DNA from: an uncultured Planctomycetia bacterium
GTDB taxonomy: Bacteria > Omnitrophota > Gorgyraeia > Duberdicusellales > 4484-171
Assembly: GCA_964483625.1 (NCBI GenBank)
Contig: CAZABB010000003.1
Span: forward strand, 21,895-85,894
Length of the DNA stretch: 64,000 nucleotides
Reading direction: 5' to 3'
Part shown: piece after piece, positions 15,001-30,000 of the stretch
How positions within the stretch are numbered: position 1 is the first letter of the stretch
Layout: every line of letters begins with the position of its first letter
The notes under the pieces: generated by a model
What the model saw: the letters and a program-made list of their open reading frames with translations, nothing else
What the model was told of the DNA's origin: nothing
The model's database searches: none
Translations under genes and position numbers: made by a program

Positions 15001-18000
15001 CTCTGTTCTATGATAGATTTCTCACTACGAGAAAAATTGTCGTTCGTCTGAGTGAAAATTACGGCGAAACCCTGCATGATTTTTATCGTCTTACCCGCTG
15101 TTCCGAACCGTTCATCGCTACCGCGGCTTTTGAACGCGTCCTGGAGATTTCCGCGGACAGTATCGGGGGAAGCCGCAGGTGGGAGTCCGAGGTGAATGTC
15201 CGCGAATTAATACAGGTGGCACGGACATTTCTGATACCATCGTTGGTTTCGCTGATAGACCATGAAGATGAACTCGTACGGTTAGCTTCCTATGACCAGT
15301 TGGTCCATCTCGCTGAAGACAAATATCTGTGGGAATGCGCCGATGAATCCTTATCCTTGTCTTCCGCCGGCTTAATGCGGGAAGCCGGCCGGGCTTTAGA
15401 GGATGTCCGTTCTCCTCTCCCGGCGTCTGGCGACGGGGCTTCGACCGTATTCATGCCCGATTGCCGGATAGGCATTACGGTTGAGGCCGTGGCCCGTACG
15501 GGGAAAGATTTTCGGATTGTAGGAATGGATTTTGGTGTCGAAGTTGCCTGTGAAGCATGGCAGAGGAACGTGATATTCGAGCGGGTGACAATTATGGTAT
15601 GGAATAAATGGCGTCCCGGTTTTACGCCGGAATCAGTTGCCGCCGTTATTTGTTTGAATCCCTTCCTGGGGCTTAAGTCGCTTCCTCTTTTGCATCCAAA
15701 GGGATTAGTAAAATTTTCTTATTCTCCCGACTATCTTGAAGAAGAAAAAAGACAGATGGAAGAACGTTGGATTGATACTATTCTTATTCCGGGCGGGAAA
15801 ATCATAATGGCTGTCGCCGATATTACCGAACAGAATGAATACGCTCAGATATTCTTTGAGCGGTATCTATGGGCCCGGGGGATCTGGGAACGGGTTACCG
15901 GATGGGAAGGGGTTCTTGCCCTGCTTCCCGGGATCTCTTCGGAGGATAAGAAAATGTTCATGTTTACCAAGCACGCTGAAGAAGATCCGTTCATACTTCT
16001 GCCCTGGCCTCTGCGGACGATGAAAGAAGGAGATCGGTTGCCTCACCTTAATTATTTTGCCCATGCGCTCAAAGAGGCATTTCGGGAAAAAATGGCCGAT
16101 GTCATCGAACGTTACCAGGGACGAAGAGCCCGATCCGGATTGAAGCCGGTTCGGAACATCATGGTGCTTATTGGCCGTCTCTCCGGTACCGATGGGGTTT
16201 CTCTGGAAACCATGAAAATAATTCGCCGGTTAAAGGCTATGGGACACAATGTAGCGGTGTATACCGGTAAGATCGATGACGTGAAACGGAGAGAGTTGGC
16301 TGAGTTAGAGGTTCCCGTACGCCTCAACAAAACGGCGCGGTTTCGACGCCAGACACTGGAGGGTTGGGGGATCCTTGAAGGGGGCGTTGCCGCCGACTGG
16401 CTTTCCTGGACGCACCCGACCAGCCTTGAAGATGAAGATAAATACCAATGGATGGCCGATACGCTTATTGACGATGTAAAAGAACTGATTGAAGATATCG
16501 TTGAGTTTGTAGATGAGCATGATATCGATGTCGTACTCGGACAGAACCTTTCACTTCCCTGGTCATATCACCTTTCTCTGGCGGTTATCGTTCTCTATGA
16601 AATTTTCGGGATACATTTTATCGGTCATGACCACGACTTTGCCGGTCAGCGCGACTATTGGGGGAAGATAGCCGAAATACTGAGAGAGGTCTTTCGTGAA
16701 CTGTGTCCGCCTCACATCCCCACGGCGATTCACCAGGTCATCAATACCGCGTCTATCCGGGCCGTTCAGTCTTCGGCCCTTTTCGGCCGGGTCGTCCTTT
16801 TGCCCAATGTGTGGTATTTTGATACCCCGCAGGAAGAACTTCCTCCCGAGTTGCGTTCCCGTACCCCCGAAGAACTGCGGGAACTGCGTAAGGTGCTGCG
16901 TTTAGAAGAACACCATGTTCCGTTTCTGGTACCCGTTCGTCTGGTGGAACGTAAAGACGTGATCAGTAAACTGTTAATCGCCTATCGTTTGAAACGAATC
17001 TGGCATGAGGAGGGAAGAGAGTTAACGCCGGTTCTGATTGTCACCCATGATGTAGCCGATGAAGGGGAGGCGTATTTTCGGAGGATCCGGCGTATAGCCG
17101 ACGCGTTACATCTGGAGATGCGTTTTGTCCATGATGAATTAGACAGGTATGAGGGATCGGTGCGTTTTACCGAATGGGATGCCTATAAACTTCCCGATGT
17201 CATCGGTTTTTATCTTTCCACCTGCGAAGGGTTCGGGAATGCTCTGCTGGAGATGATTTTCTTCTTCTGTCCGTTTATCATTCATCCCTACCCGGTATTT
17301 GAAGACGATATCAAACCGAAAGGAATCCGAGCTCTTGAAGAATATGTGCCCGCGGACCGAGGGGAGCTCAACCGGCTTATTGAAGAAATGGAGGTAACGG
17401 CGGCAACCCGGGATTCCGCCGTCGTCGGTGCGGCTCGGGCTGTTTCCCGTGAGGTCCTGCATTTCCGCAGTACCTGCATACCGGGTAGGTGGGACGGCCG
17501 CTGGACGGAGGAGACAGAAACCATGCTTAAGAGGAATTATGAAATTTGCCGGCAGTATTATGCCATGGGTACGTTAAAAGATATCCTGGAGGGCACATTG
17601 CATATGGTCGATAAAGTCGCTGTTATTGAGTGGGTTTACCATCGTCTGCGGGAAAAATTAAGAATGATTTCGCTGGAACATTCTATCCCGCCCTTTTTTA
17701 CCGCTGAGACCTGGGAGAAGGTGATTATGAGGTATATTGGTGAGAAGTTCGAAGAGGTCCTCATTGAGCTTGACCGGGAAGTAAGATCGTTCATGGTAAA
17801 CGGAGGCAATATCGGCAGTGAGATTGTGCGGCGGCAGTTACGGAATGATTTTATGCGTTACCTTGGCATTATTATTCCCGCTCTCTCTCAGTCGCAGAAC
17901 TCCATCTTTTCCTTAGGGCGTCTTTTCCTGCCGCGTGAGGAAGACGGATATGGATTGGATGTATTACTGCGGCAGTATTTTCATTCCCAATGGGGCGTTA

Positions 18001-21000
18001 CCGTGGAGTTTTATCCCGAAAATGAACCGGCTGTTTCTCCACAAATACAGCCTTCCTATCTGCTTCGAGCTATCGAGTCCCGTTACGCTCATGGCCGGCC
18101 GCTCTGGTGGGTTCGCGCCCTGTTGAGCCCGGTGGTCGTACCGCATGAGGCGGGTAATCTTATCCAGGCGCGGGTGACGGGCAGGTGGGATGATATCGAT
18201 TGGGACAGTTCCAGTATATTCGCCGGTATTACATATCAAGGGCGAGCGCCGCCGTGCGCGGGGGGGATTATTGGGAATATCATTTGTGCCGTTGTTTTTT
18301 TAATATCATCCTTTTATTTCCCTGGCTTGCTTGTTCTGGCGGTTGCTCATCTGATTCATATTGGATTTGAACTCCGGAGATACCGGCAATATAGTCGGGA
18401 AGAGGTTGTAGCCGAACCGGAGGCATTGATGTCTCCGGCTTGCCGTTTTGACGGATATAGGCGTCTGACCGCCGCCAGTCAGTACGATGCGGCCCGACGT
18501 TTTCAGGATGAAAAGATAGCCGCTGAGGGATTCAACCATCTCGGCGACATATTATCGCGTATCGGCCATTATATTTTTTATACGGGACATTATCAGGGGC
18601 CGGATCTCGCGGAGGAGTGTATTGATGAACTGGTCATTGCGGCGAATGACCCTCAGACGATGTTTCGTTCTATTCAGACGCATAGCCGCGAAACCGCCCG
18701 GAAATGGTTCCTCTGGCATCTTGAAAACCTGCCGGGATTGCGGCTGTCCGCCGCAGATATCCATATGGTCATGCAACATATTGAGACCTATGTGGAAGCT
18801 TCTACGCAGGAAGCCGCGTTCGCCGCTCAGAGAGATTTGTTCCGAAAGGGAATAAAACCGTCAATCGACTATTCGTTCCTGCCGTACGCGGTCGTTTCTT
18901 TCGATTGGAGTGCTCTCCAGATTTTATTTATAAGAGTAGAAGGATTTCGTGAATTTGTGCGTTATCTTATCACACGTGACGATGTTATTGTTCTGATAAA
19001 TACGCGCGGCGGCAATCACGAAAAGATCGCCGAAGAGATGACGGCACGGTTATGTGGTTTTCGCGAAAGCCTGTATTATCAGGGGACGCTTCCCTGGCTC
19101 GATCTTGAAGTGGATATGGAATTTTCCCGGGAACAGGTGGTATCCGCCCCTCAGGGGATCATGAATAAGTTCGATGCGCTTGAAAATTGGCTGAGCCGGC
19201 GCTATATAGCTCCCCGATATATTATCCATGTCGACGATAAGACCGTTGAGTTTCTGGCGTTTCGTAATAACATCAGTCATCTCAGAAGCATGATGACTTC
19301 GTTTATCCCGATAGATATGGATCCGGATCCTTCGCTCCAGACCGATGATGCCACGGTCGAGATAAAAGCCCGTGAGGCGTTTGCCCGTTTAAAATCTCTT
19401 CTTGCTTTTTCTCCCGGCGATCCCGCGCGCAGTTCCCGGGAATTGAACGAAGAGGAGGTTGAAGAACTCAGCCGGATCCGCGATACCCACTGTGTTACGA
19501 TTGATGTGTCAGAGACAGTCCCTCTCTACACAGAAGAAAAAGAAAAAACCGCATTTCTTCTGCACCGGCATGGGTACCATGCTGTCGCCGAGGTCTTAGA
19601 AGGTTCGATTGTCATTCAGGCTCCGCCGCGGCTGCGCCGGGCAGTAGAAAAATTTCAGTCACGTCATCGCGATCCTGCCGTAACCGTCCACGCGCTGAAC
19701 GCTGCTGTTCGGAAACAAAACCTTATCATCATTCTGGATGAGGAGCATATCGAACGTTCCCTTATTCATGAAGCCGGCGCTCTTGCCGGCTATGCCGATA
19801 CCTATAACTACCGGCTGGAGAATATTACTGAATCGACGGAAGAAGAGGTTCTTTTCCATTCAAAAATATCCCCGTTTGTCGAACCGCGTGTTCCTTGCGT
19901 AGAGGTAACCTTCGATTTTTCCGATATCCCCGCCGCCCTCGATACTGTCGCGGCCGGCGTCCGCGCCCGGACCGGGTATACCGTGGGGGCCCGCTTTGAG
20001 GTGAGAATCGACGGATTTGAGCCTGACGAATACATCCAGTTTAACCGGGGAGGGGAGCCGAAGATACTTTTCCTCGCTCCGGCGGGAGAACGAGTGATCC
20101 ATCACCGGATTAAAAATCCTCACACGTTCACTTCCGAAAAAGAATATCTGGCTGATTTACAACAGCGTCTGATTTCTTCCGGAATGAGTCCGGACGGATT
20201 GAACGTAAGGATGAGCTGTGACGGAACGCCGTATCAGATTACGGTCGCGATGAGCAGCCCGATCCGGGAGAAAGAGATCGAGAGGATACGCCGGATATGT
20301 GCCTTCCCGTCATATCGTATGCGGGCAATGATGAAAGCTGTCTGGGAAGAAATGGAGCGGGGCCTGCGCGGATTAGCGAGTTCTTTGCGAATGCTGCCTT
20401 CCTACACGGATATCCCCCGCGGAGAAAAAGGTCTTTATCTTGCGCTTGATCTGGGCGGCACCAATTTCCGGGTATTAATGGTTCACCTTCGCGGCCAGGG
20501 TGAGAAGCCGGTTGTAATCAGTAAAAAATATAAGCTTGATGAGAAGTATATCCGGGGAACCGGCCGGGATCTTTTCGATGCGCTTGCCGGATATATCAAG
20601 GAATTTTTGCGGGAACACGGTTATGAAGATGAATATGTCGTAGGATTTACCTTTTCTTTCCCCGTCGACCAGAAAGCGATAGACAAAGGGGTTCTTATTG
20701 AGTGGACTAAAGGATGGGATGCGGCAGGGGTGGAAGGAGAAGACGTCGTCCGGTTGCTGAATGAGGCGCTGGAACGGGTAGGTGTGAACAATGTAAAAGT
20801 AGTCTCGCTGGATAACGATACCGTAGGAACTCTTGTCGCCCGGGCTTACCTTGATTCCGAATGTGATATTTCCGCGATTCTGGGTACGGGAACGAATGTG
20901 AGCTATCGGGAGATGGCCGCCAATATTATAAAGTCCATCGGTCCGTACGCCGGCACGCATATGATTATCAACATGGAATCGGGTAATTTCAATAAAGCTT

Positions 21001-24000
21001 TGCCCGGTACCGAATATGATTTGCTCCTTGACGCGCTGTCGGCGAATCCGGGCGCTCAACGCCAGGAAAAAATGGTCTCAGGGAAATATCTGGGAGAGCT
21101 CACCCGTCTTATTCTGATCGATTTGATCGAGAAGGGAGTACTTTTAAAGGGAGACGTTCCTCATCTTTTGCGGAAAGGAGATAGTTTCGATAGTATCCAT
21201 ATGGCTACGATCGAGGGGGATACGTCGCGTGCGTTCTGGCGTACGCGCTGGCTCCTGCGGCGCTGGTATATCGTTCCCTGTTCGTGGGAGGACGCCCGGG
21301 CCGTTCAGGAAATCTGCCGTTGCGTTTCCACCCGGGCGGCTCAGGTTGCCGCGACATTACTTGCGGCGACGGTAGTAAAAACAGATCCCGATCTTGCCCG
21401 GCATCATACGATTGCCGTTGACGGAAGTATATTCGAAAAGTACCCCCGTTTTGCCGAGAAAATGGAAGAGACATTTGCGATACTGTTCGGCGAAAAGTCT
21501 TCCCTGATTACCATGAAACTTACCCATGACGGGTCCGGTATCGGCGCGGCGGTTATCGCGGCGATCGCGGTACGGATGGCTCAAAAATCGTCTTCGAGGG
21601 TATCGGCAGATTCAACGCCGTATCAAGCGGTACCGGGATTCTTCCTGGGAATATTCAGTGCCAATAGCTTTTTTATTGAAAGAGGGGACATCTCTTTCTC
21701 GTCTTCCGTATTTTTATATATTCCGGTTTTTCTGACGCTGACCGGTATGCTGATTGTGCTTTATCTGCTCTTGCGGTCCCTGTTGCCTCCCTTTTCTCCC
21801 GTTCCGGTCTCTTCTCCCCGCAGACCATCCCGTTCGAGCCGTGACGAAGGAGAAAAAGAAGGTTTCGTATCAAATATCACACAGCGGTGGTATGTGGTGG
21901 GCATCGGGATGCTCATTGTCATATTACTCCTGGCGATAGCACTGAAAAGCGGAGCGGTAAGTGTGTTCTGTTTTGCTATTCTTGGTTCAGTATTGACTGA
22001 CGGCGATAAGGTGGGACAACGGAAAAACGGGTATACCCTGATTGAAGAGGATATAGAAAAGATCGTCGAAGCCGCACTACATGTTCTGGAGAACACCGGA
22101 GTTAAAGCTGATGAAGGGTCTTTGCGAGAATGCTGGCGTCAGCTTGGCGCTCGGATAGATGAAGAAGAGAGCCGCGTGTTGATATCCCGTGATCTGGTTG
22201 AGTACGCTCTCGGGGAAGCAGCCTCTCAGGTGCGGTTATACGGAAGGATTCCTGATCCTGATGACGGTCGTAATCATGATGTGGTCGTGGGAGATGGAGA
22301 GGTGTATCACGGAACAGGAGGCAAATGCGGAAAGGTGATGGATACCACGGGAGAAGTGCGTGAAAGTAGATTAGCCGATTTATTCCATATCGGACGGGTC
22401 GTAGAGACCTGTGAACATCTTAAGTTCTACATCTCCCCGGTCAGCGCCCGGGATATCCCTTCCAAAATCGAAGCGGTGAACAGGTTCTATGTCTGTCTGG
22501 CGGCGACTCATAAACACGTGATGACCAATTGCGAATCGCTCGTTTTAGAGGATGAACCCGCCGGGATAGAGGGAAAAGACGGCACCGCTTTGGCTGTCGA
22601 AAACGTACGTGAAGTGATCGAGCTTGCCGCGATGATCGCGGGAGATAAAAAATCATTGCGGGAACGTCCGATCATTTCCTTTATTGTTACCGGGATTATC
22701 AGCCCCCTGTCGTTCGATTCGTCGGGGATGAAAATATTGGACGAGATACTCGACCAGGGAATTCCCGTGATGCTTTCTTCGGCCCCGCAGACAGGGACGA
22801 CCGGTCCGGCGGCGCTTGCCGGTACGCTGGTTCAGGTCTATGCCGAACAGCTTGCCCTTCTTACCTATATAAACCTCAAAAAATCGGGGTATCCGGTGCT
22901 TCTGGGAGGAATGCCTTCGGTAGCCGATCTGCGTACGGGAAGCTTTTCCGGCGGGGCGCCGGAATTTGCGATGATGAACGCCGCGGCGGTACAGATCGCC
23001 GGTTATCTGAAGCTTCCGATCTGTGTCTCGGGAGGGATGCCGGACACAAAAGTCCTCGATTGTCAGGACGGATATGAGGAGACCTTGCGGATGTGGACCG
23101 CATTTTCCAACGGTTGCGCCCTCCGGCATGCCGGACTGATAGAGGGTGGGCTTACGGCTTCATATTCCCAGTATCTGCTTGATGATGAAATGATTGGCCT
23201 CCTTGTCCGGATAAGACGGGGAATTCAGGTAAACGATGATACGCTTGCCGTCGGAGTTATCGATGACGTGGCAAGAAGTTCCGGTCATTATCTAGGACAG
23301 GAACATACCTTACAACACATGCGTGATGGTGAATTCGTGTACCCGCGATTGATGGACCGCAACGCGCGTGAGATTTGGGAACAGTCGGGAGGGCTCACGA
23401 TGGCCGAGAGAGCCGCGCGGGAGGCGGATAAGATTCTTGCTGAAGAAGGAGGAATCGTTATCGATAGTGAAACGGACGAACGTATACGCGAGCGATTTGA
23501 TATACGCCTGCCGCGAAATATCGGAAAGCCTCTTGGAGACCGGCCGGTGTATATTTATATCGAACCATCGCGGGAAATGGAAGAGTGTCCGGAAAGGGTA
23601 GAAGATACCGTGAAGGTTGTAGAGCAGATATCCGGAGGGAGAATAGAAGTGTTTTCTTACGGCGATATTACCATAGAAGAGGTTAAGGAACTTAATCCTA
23701 CCGCTCTTATTCTGGGAGGTTTCTATCACAGCTGGGAGGATATTTCAGTGTCTTCGCTGTATAACATTCTTAAAGTCATCCATTGGGTAAGTATTCCTAT
23801 CCTGGGGATCTGCGGCGGACATCAGCTTTTGGGTTTCGCCTTCGGTCGGTTCTTGGGTGGAGAAGTCTTTGTCGATCAGTCGATCGTAGACGAAGGGACT
23901 GTCGTGGAAGGTTTTTATCCCATTACTCACGCAGAAAATAACCCTCTTTTTACCGGTGTTCCCCAGCAGGCCTGTGTGTGGTGTCATCATTCCTGTGAGA

Positions 24001-27000
24001 TAAAAGTAAAACAACTATCTCCGATGTTTACCGTGACTGCCGGGAGTGGGCATTGTGCCATCGAGGCGATCCAGCATCTGTATCTTCCGGTGTTTGGGGT
24101 GCAATTTCATCCCGAAAGGTTTAATCGGGAACATTCCTATGGGAAGAAGGTATTAGAGAACTTCTTTTTTCTGGCGGAGAGGTATCGCAATATCAATGCT
24201 GGTCTTCAGGTCGGCTACCGTCAGGGGGGGCGTATTTTTGTGAAGCTGTTCACAATGCGCACCTATGCCTTTTTATTGCGGCGATGGCGTAGAATAAAAA
24301 CCTGCATACATATCGTCCGTCCTCGTATCGTCGATACAATACATAAAATAACGCAGGGATATTCACAGTGTTCTCAGAAACTTAAAGATGTTTTAGGGAA
24401 GCGCTTCCGGGTGTTCAAGAGATATGTAGCCCTTTCCGGCAAACGTACGGATTTGTCCCAGAGGGATGATTGGAATCGTTTGTATCAGGGATTGGCATTA
24501 TTGGGATTGTTAAATATAGATTCTGATACCGGACGTCCGGTATTGGTGCAGGAGTTGAGAAAACAAGGCACATCGATCCAGGATGTTCATATTCTCCTTT
24601 ATGTCACGATTATGTACGGATTGATCAGAGGAAACGTGACTGCCAGTGATGGAGAAGGGAACTTTGTCATGCAGAGTGCTCTAAGCCGGCATCCGGCGAT
24701 CGCCGAAAGATTACTCGTCTACATTCATGCCCGGTTTCATTATATTGCCGAGGGAGACAACGAATATGTTTCTCAGAAGAGGAGAGATATCGAAACAGTG
24801 ATTGAGGAAACCGCGGGAGGCGATATCGTGTTGTTTCAGAACTATCTTGTCATGTGTGATGCTCTGGTGACATCAAATGCGCTTTCCTGGCGGTACAATT
24901 CACGGGATCCTCCGGTGCTGGTTTTTGACGGCCGGATATTGCCTCTGCCCGACCACAGCCCGGATATCTATCGGGTGATAATGATTCCCGACCGTACCGG
25001 AAGCATTTCTCTGGTGATTAAGACCGATGAGGTTTCTGCCGGAGGTATCCGTGTGAAGTTCCTGGATGGCGGTACTACGTGTTTGAACGATATCTTTGAA
25101 GAAGACAGCGGTCTGGCTATGGGAATGGCGTTTAAGGATGTCTGGGCTTCTTTGGTGAGCAATCCCATCCCTTATTTGGGATCAAAGACTCTCACCGTGT
25201 TGGCTCCTGATGCCGATATCGATAATGTACTTATCCGTATGGGACGGTCTCTCGTCAATGTAATCGGCGATGACGGCGTTTGGCCCAAGAACATTGCCGG
25301 TCCGGACATGAATTCCGCCGGGCATATTCAGGGGTTGGTCGATGCCGTACGGGATGAATACCGGCGGCACGCCGAATATGAATGCGCTCTGCTTCTTGGC
25401 GAATCGGGAGGAGCAGAACACCTAGTTGAACGTGCGTCTTTGGGAGAAGAATCTCCGCGGAAGAAGCTGATGTTGTACGATTTCGATGATCCCGCCCTGA
25501 AGAAATATCATGACGTGTTAGCCGGAGTCGAACAAAAACGGGGAAAGTATTTTCTGCGTGATCCGTTTATCTGGGCGATGCGCGAAGAGATTCTGGCAGG
25601 AATACGCCGGAATCAGATACGGCTCTCCAGCGGCTGGCAGGGATTGATGTGGTACATCGGGAATGTTCTCCGGCGGCTGGCTTCCGGCGACCCTACGCGT
25701 TTCGGTATACGTCTGCGGTTAGATCGAGACACCGAACGGACGCTCAACAAAATTATTGGTGTGGCGGTAGGAGGAGGGGCACGTCTCGAAGGTTCATTAG
25801 TTGCCGATGCCGATCTTGCCAATATTACCGCGTTAGGATGTGCCTATGAGCTTGTTCATGTGGTGCGGTATATGGTTGCCTCCGGAAAGGTAGAGCCCGG
25901 TGAAACTCTGAAACTTGCCGTTACCGGTACCGGTCAGGTCGGCGGCGCGATGGTTTCTCTCATTGAGGAAATAAACGGACAGTTGACCGGTACGGCCGAA
26001 ATCGCCGTTGTTGCGATCGCCGAGAAAGGATCCGAACAGTCCGGTGTTATCTATAATCCCGGCGGGTTTACTTTCGAGCAGCGTGAAATTTTACGACGTG
26101 CGCGGGAGGGAAGAAACGATGCGGTGCGAAACGGATATACCGTCGAAGCGATGCGGGGGATACTCCCGGCAGAACAGATTATCGAGGTTCCGTCCGAAGC
26201 GGATCCCCGTGATGCGCTTCTTAATGCTGAAGTGGAAGCCGATATCCTTTTTGCTGCGGCTGCCGGTCCTACGGTAACGGCGGAGAATATCGAGGCTTAT
26301 GCCGCGAAATTTCCTCTGGCAATCATCGCCGGAGAAAACAACTGTTTTGGTACCAACGCGTTCTCCCGGGCGGAGATTGAGGATGCGTTGCATCGGGAAG
26401 GTGTCCTTGCGCTGGAAGGAGATATCGGGAATTTCGGTACGGTATATATTGTGTGTGCTATGGAAGGATTTCTTAAACATAGATATTCCGTGCCGGAGCT
26501 GCGAAAAATATGGAGAGAGATCAAAGAACAGGCTCGATGTGATGTGGTTGAAAAAGAAGCGGGATTGATTCCTTTTATGCTCCACGTCAGTGCCGCCCGC
26601 GATATACCTGCCGGAGAGTTCCAGCGTACGATCGTCAGCGAAATGAAAGACGAAATCGTCCGCCTGATTGCGTCGTATGAGCAGGGTGAAAAGGAAGTAA
26701 CCGCGAAAGTTGATACGTTGATTCGTGACCGATTACGTGTGCCGCAGCATTCGGTCCCGCCTTCTTATATGCCTTTTGCGGTCGCCCGGATCTGGGCGGT
26801 GATGCAGGTTGCGCGAAAAGAAGTTTTTACCCGGTACCAGAGAGAGATATCCGACGAGAATATACAACTGCCCCGGCAGCTAAGCTGTGAAGAAGTCTCT
26901 CCTCCGGCGCGGGACGGCAAAGAAAAGCTTCTCGTCCAAAGAATTGTCCGGGCGAAGCAGAAACTTCTTTGTGTGTGGCGAAGAATAAAGAGCCTGTTGG

Positions 27001-30000
27001 TGTATGGGAAGAATAAAGGGGTGGGTATCATTACCCGGTTGAAATACGGCAGTGTGCTTATGGTTTTGCGGATAGTACGATATGGTACTGCGCGTCGTCT
27101 TGCTCAGCGGACCAGAAACGTCGTTCATATGGGGGCAGGCGTGCTGCCGCCGGAAAACCGGTACGCGCCGCTTTCCCGAAAAGAAATCCGAAAAATTGTT
27201 GCGGCTTCTTTAGAAATACTCGAAACCGTGGGGATGGAGGTCCCCGGAGATTCTCTGGGGATCTGGGAAAAAGCGGGTGCGAGAATCGATATCGATCGTA
27301 ATCGTGTCTACCTGCCGGTATCTCTTGTATTATCGGCGCTTACTTCTGCGCCCTCGCGGGTGGTTCTGTATTCACGGACAGCTGAAAATGAGGGGGTAAT
27401 TGTTGATGAGAATCATACGTCTTTCGGGAGCGGCGGCCAAGCGGTAAAAGTGGTGAAAGAAGAAGGGGGGGTACGGGAAAGTACCCTGGAGGATATTTTC
27501 CATATCGGCCGGATTGTCGACGAGCTTGAACAGATTCATTTCTATCTGCGGCCGGTAGAGGCGCAGGATGTTCCCGAAGCCGAACGTGATTTGAATGCCT
27601 ATTACGCCTGCTTAGCCGCGACGCAGAAACATGTGATGGGAGCTTGTTCTTCGGCGGAGAGCGTAAGACAGGTGGTGGAATTGGCTTCTTATATTGCCGG
27701 GGACAAGGAAGTGTTACGTGAGCGTCCCTTTATTTCGTTCACTACTTGTTGTGTCGAACACCCGCTTAAATTCAATCCCTATGTACTGGACATACTAAGG
27801 GAAATTATTGCCGCAGAACTCCCGGTCGTACTTTCTGCCGCACCCCAGCCGGGGGTGACCGCTCCCATCACATTGGCGGCGACTCTGGCTCAGGTGTATG
27901 CGGAGTTGTTCGGATCTCTTACGTATGTACATCTGCTTCGTCCCGGCCATCCGGCGTTGATTGGCGCGACCTTATTTACCAGCGATATCAGGAGCATGGG
28001 AACATGTGCCGGGTCAATTGAAGCCGCGGTATTGAACGCCGGTGCCGTGCAAATCGCCAATTATTTGAAATTACCGCTTTACACTACGGCGGGGGTTACT
28101 GAAAGTAAGCTTCCCGATGATGCTCAGGCGGCAATGGAATCGGAATCGACGCGGACGCTGGTAAGTCTCGCGGGAGGAAGTTTGGTCCATCATGCGGCCG
28201 GTATGCTTGAGACATTGCTTACCGTAGCCCCCATAAAGTATGTGCTTGATAACGAAGGAATTGCACGCATAGTACGTCTGACGCGGGGGGTTAGTGTTAA
28301 CGATGAAACACTGGCGTTGCCGGTGATCGCCGAAGCCGCCGAAGCCGGCGATACATTTGTCTTTATGGCCGGAGACCACACTCAGTCTTATATGCGCACC
28401 GAGCTTGATCTGCCCGGCCCGGCTATTGATCGAAATGCTCGTGAACAATGGAGTGCCGCGGGAGGATCAAGTGCGGGACAACGGGCGGACGAATGCCTTC
28501 AGGGAATGGAGCTTCAACCAGAGGGAACGTATATACCTGATGAGGTCGATCGCTTATTACGCGAGCGATTCGATATCCGGCTGCCGCGAAATCCTGTGTC
28601 CCCTGTTTCTGAAGCTGCAGAGGCAGCAGATCATTATATTACCTCTGCCGCGATGTATGCGGCGGCGGGAGAATATCCGCGGTATGCCCGGCAGTTCAAC
28701 CAGACGGGGGATATGCTCAATGTGCTTGAGGAATATCTGATTGAATCCGGCAAAGTGACCGGACCGCCGTGCGTCGCCGAACGTAAAGATGGCAGGGTTA
28801 TCTGGCATCTGAATGTATTTCAAATTATCAATATATTACGCCGTCAGTATCGTCTTATTTCTATCCTTTCTCTGCTTATTCAGATTTTTATCCATGAATC
28901 CCGGCCGAATGAAGAAAAAGCCATCCGTGCCCAGATACAATATTACACGTTCCTTGCCCGCCTCTCTACCCTTCCGCCACTCCGGGAGTGGAGGTCGGGT
29001 GTGGTGAGAAGCCGGCCGGATCGGTTCGACTTGGCGCCTTCTCCGGTCGGTAACGTTGAAGTACATCCGACCAACCGCTGTAACCTGCTGTGCCAAGGGT
29101 GCACGTATATCGCGTGCGATCGCCGGGAGACGTTGTCTTTCGGCGCTTTAGATTCTCTGGCGCAATTGTATCCGTCAGCAATACTTATCGTCGGGGGAGG
29201 AGAACCGACCTTATACCGGGACGGGGATAAGAGATTCAATGAGTTCGTACTGCGTGTCAGAGAACTTCTTCCCGATGCGCATATCAGCCTTACAACGAAC
29301 GGGATTTTTATTCCGCCCGGTACATGGCAGGATCATGTCGGTTTTATAGGTATATCTTTGCACGGAAGTTCTCAGAGAGAGTATGAGGATTTTACCCGTA
29401 CAAAGAAAAAGGATTGTTTCGAAACGGTATGGCGGAATATTTTTGAACGGTATCTGCGGGACAGTCCGATTCCCACCGTGGTCGTGTCGTACGTCTACTC
29501 GCGGGATAATTATGAGAATATCCTGCCGTTGACGAGAAAGTTGTGGCAGGCCTGGGAGGAAGTGGAAGCTCAGCTGCGGGTCCGGGGAAGAGAAAAAGAA
29601 TTTCGTTTTGTCTTGCAGCCTTACGCCGATGATACGCTTCCCGCCGATCCCTATGCATATGCCAATCTTACCGGCCCCCAGAAAGAAGCGTACCGCAGGA
29701 GGCTGGAATCCATAGAGAAGGACGAACCTCTCTTCTGGGAATTCATCAAAAAGCACGCTTCACATGTGCGCACATATCCGTTGAAGGAACATAAAGCTCC
29801 CGGAGTGAATTCCTGCTGGATGGTCGCCGATTATGTATTGTTGGGCGCCGACGGCATTTTTTATCCCTGTTGTGTTATGGCCGCGGCGGCGCGCGCGTGT
29901 AATCTCGGCCCCGTGGAAGATGGCATTGATATGCTCCGGGAAGAACGCCAGCGTCTCATGGAATCCGTTCCTCCGCGCTGCCGGCAGGGATGCCGTCTTG

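Noticed and set aside
22030-28590. Pyrrolysine recoding in the MttB domains
   Set aside because: There is no in-frame TAG, and the equivalent positions are Met and Val.
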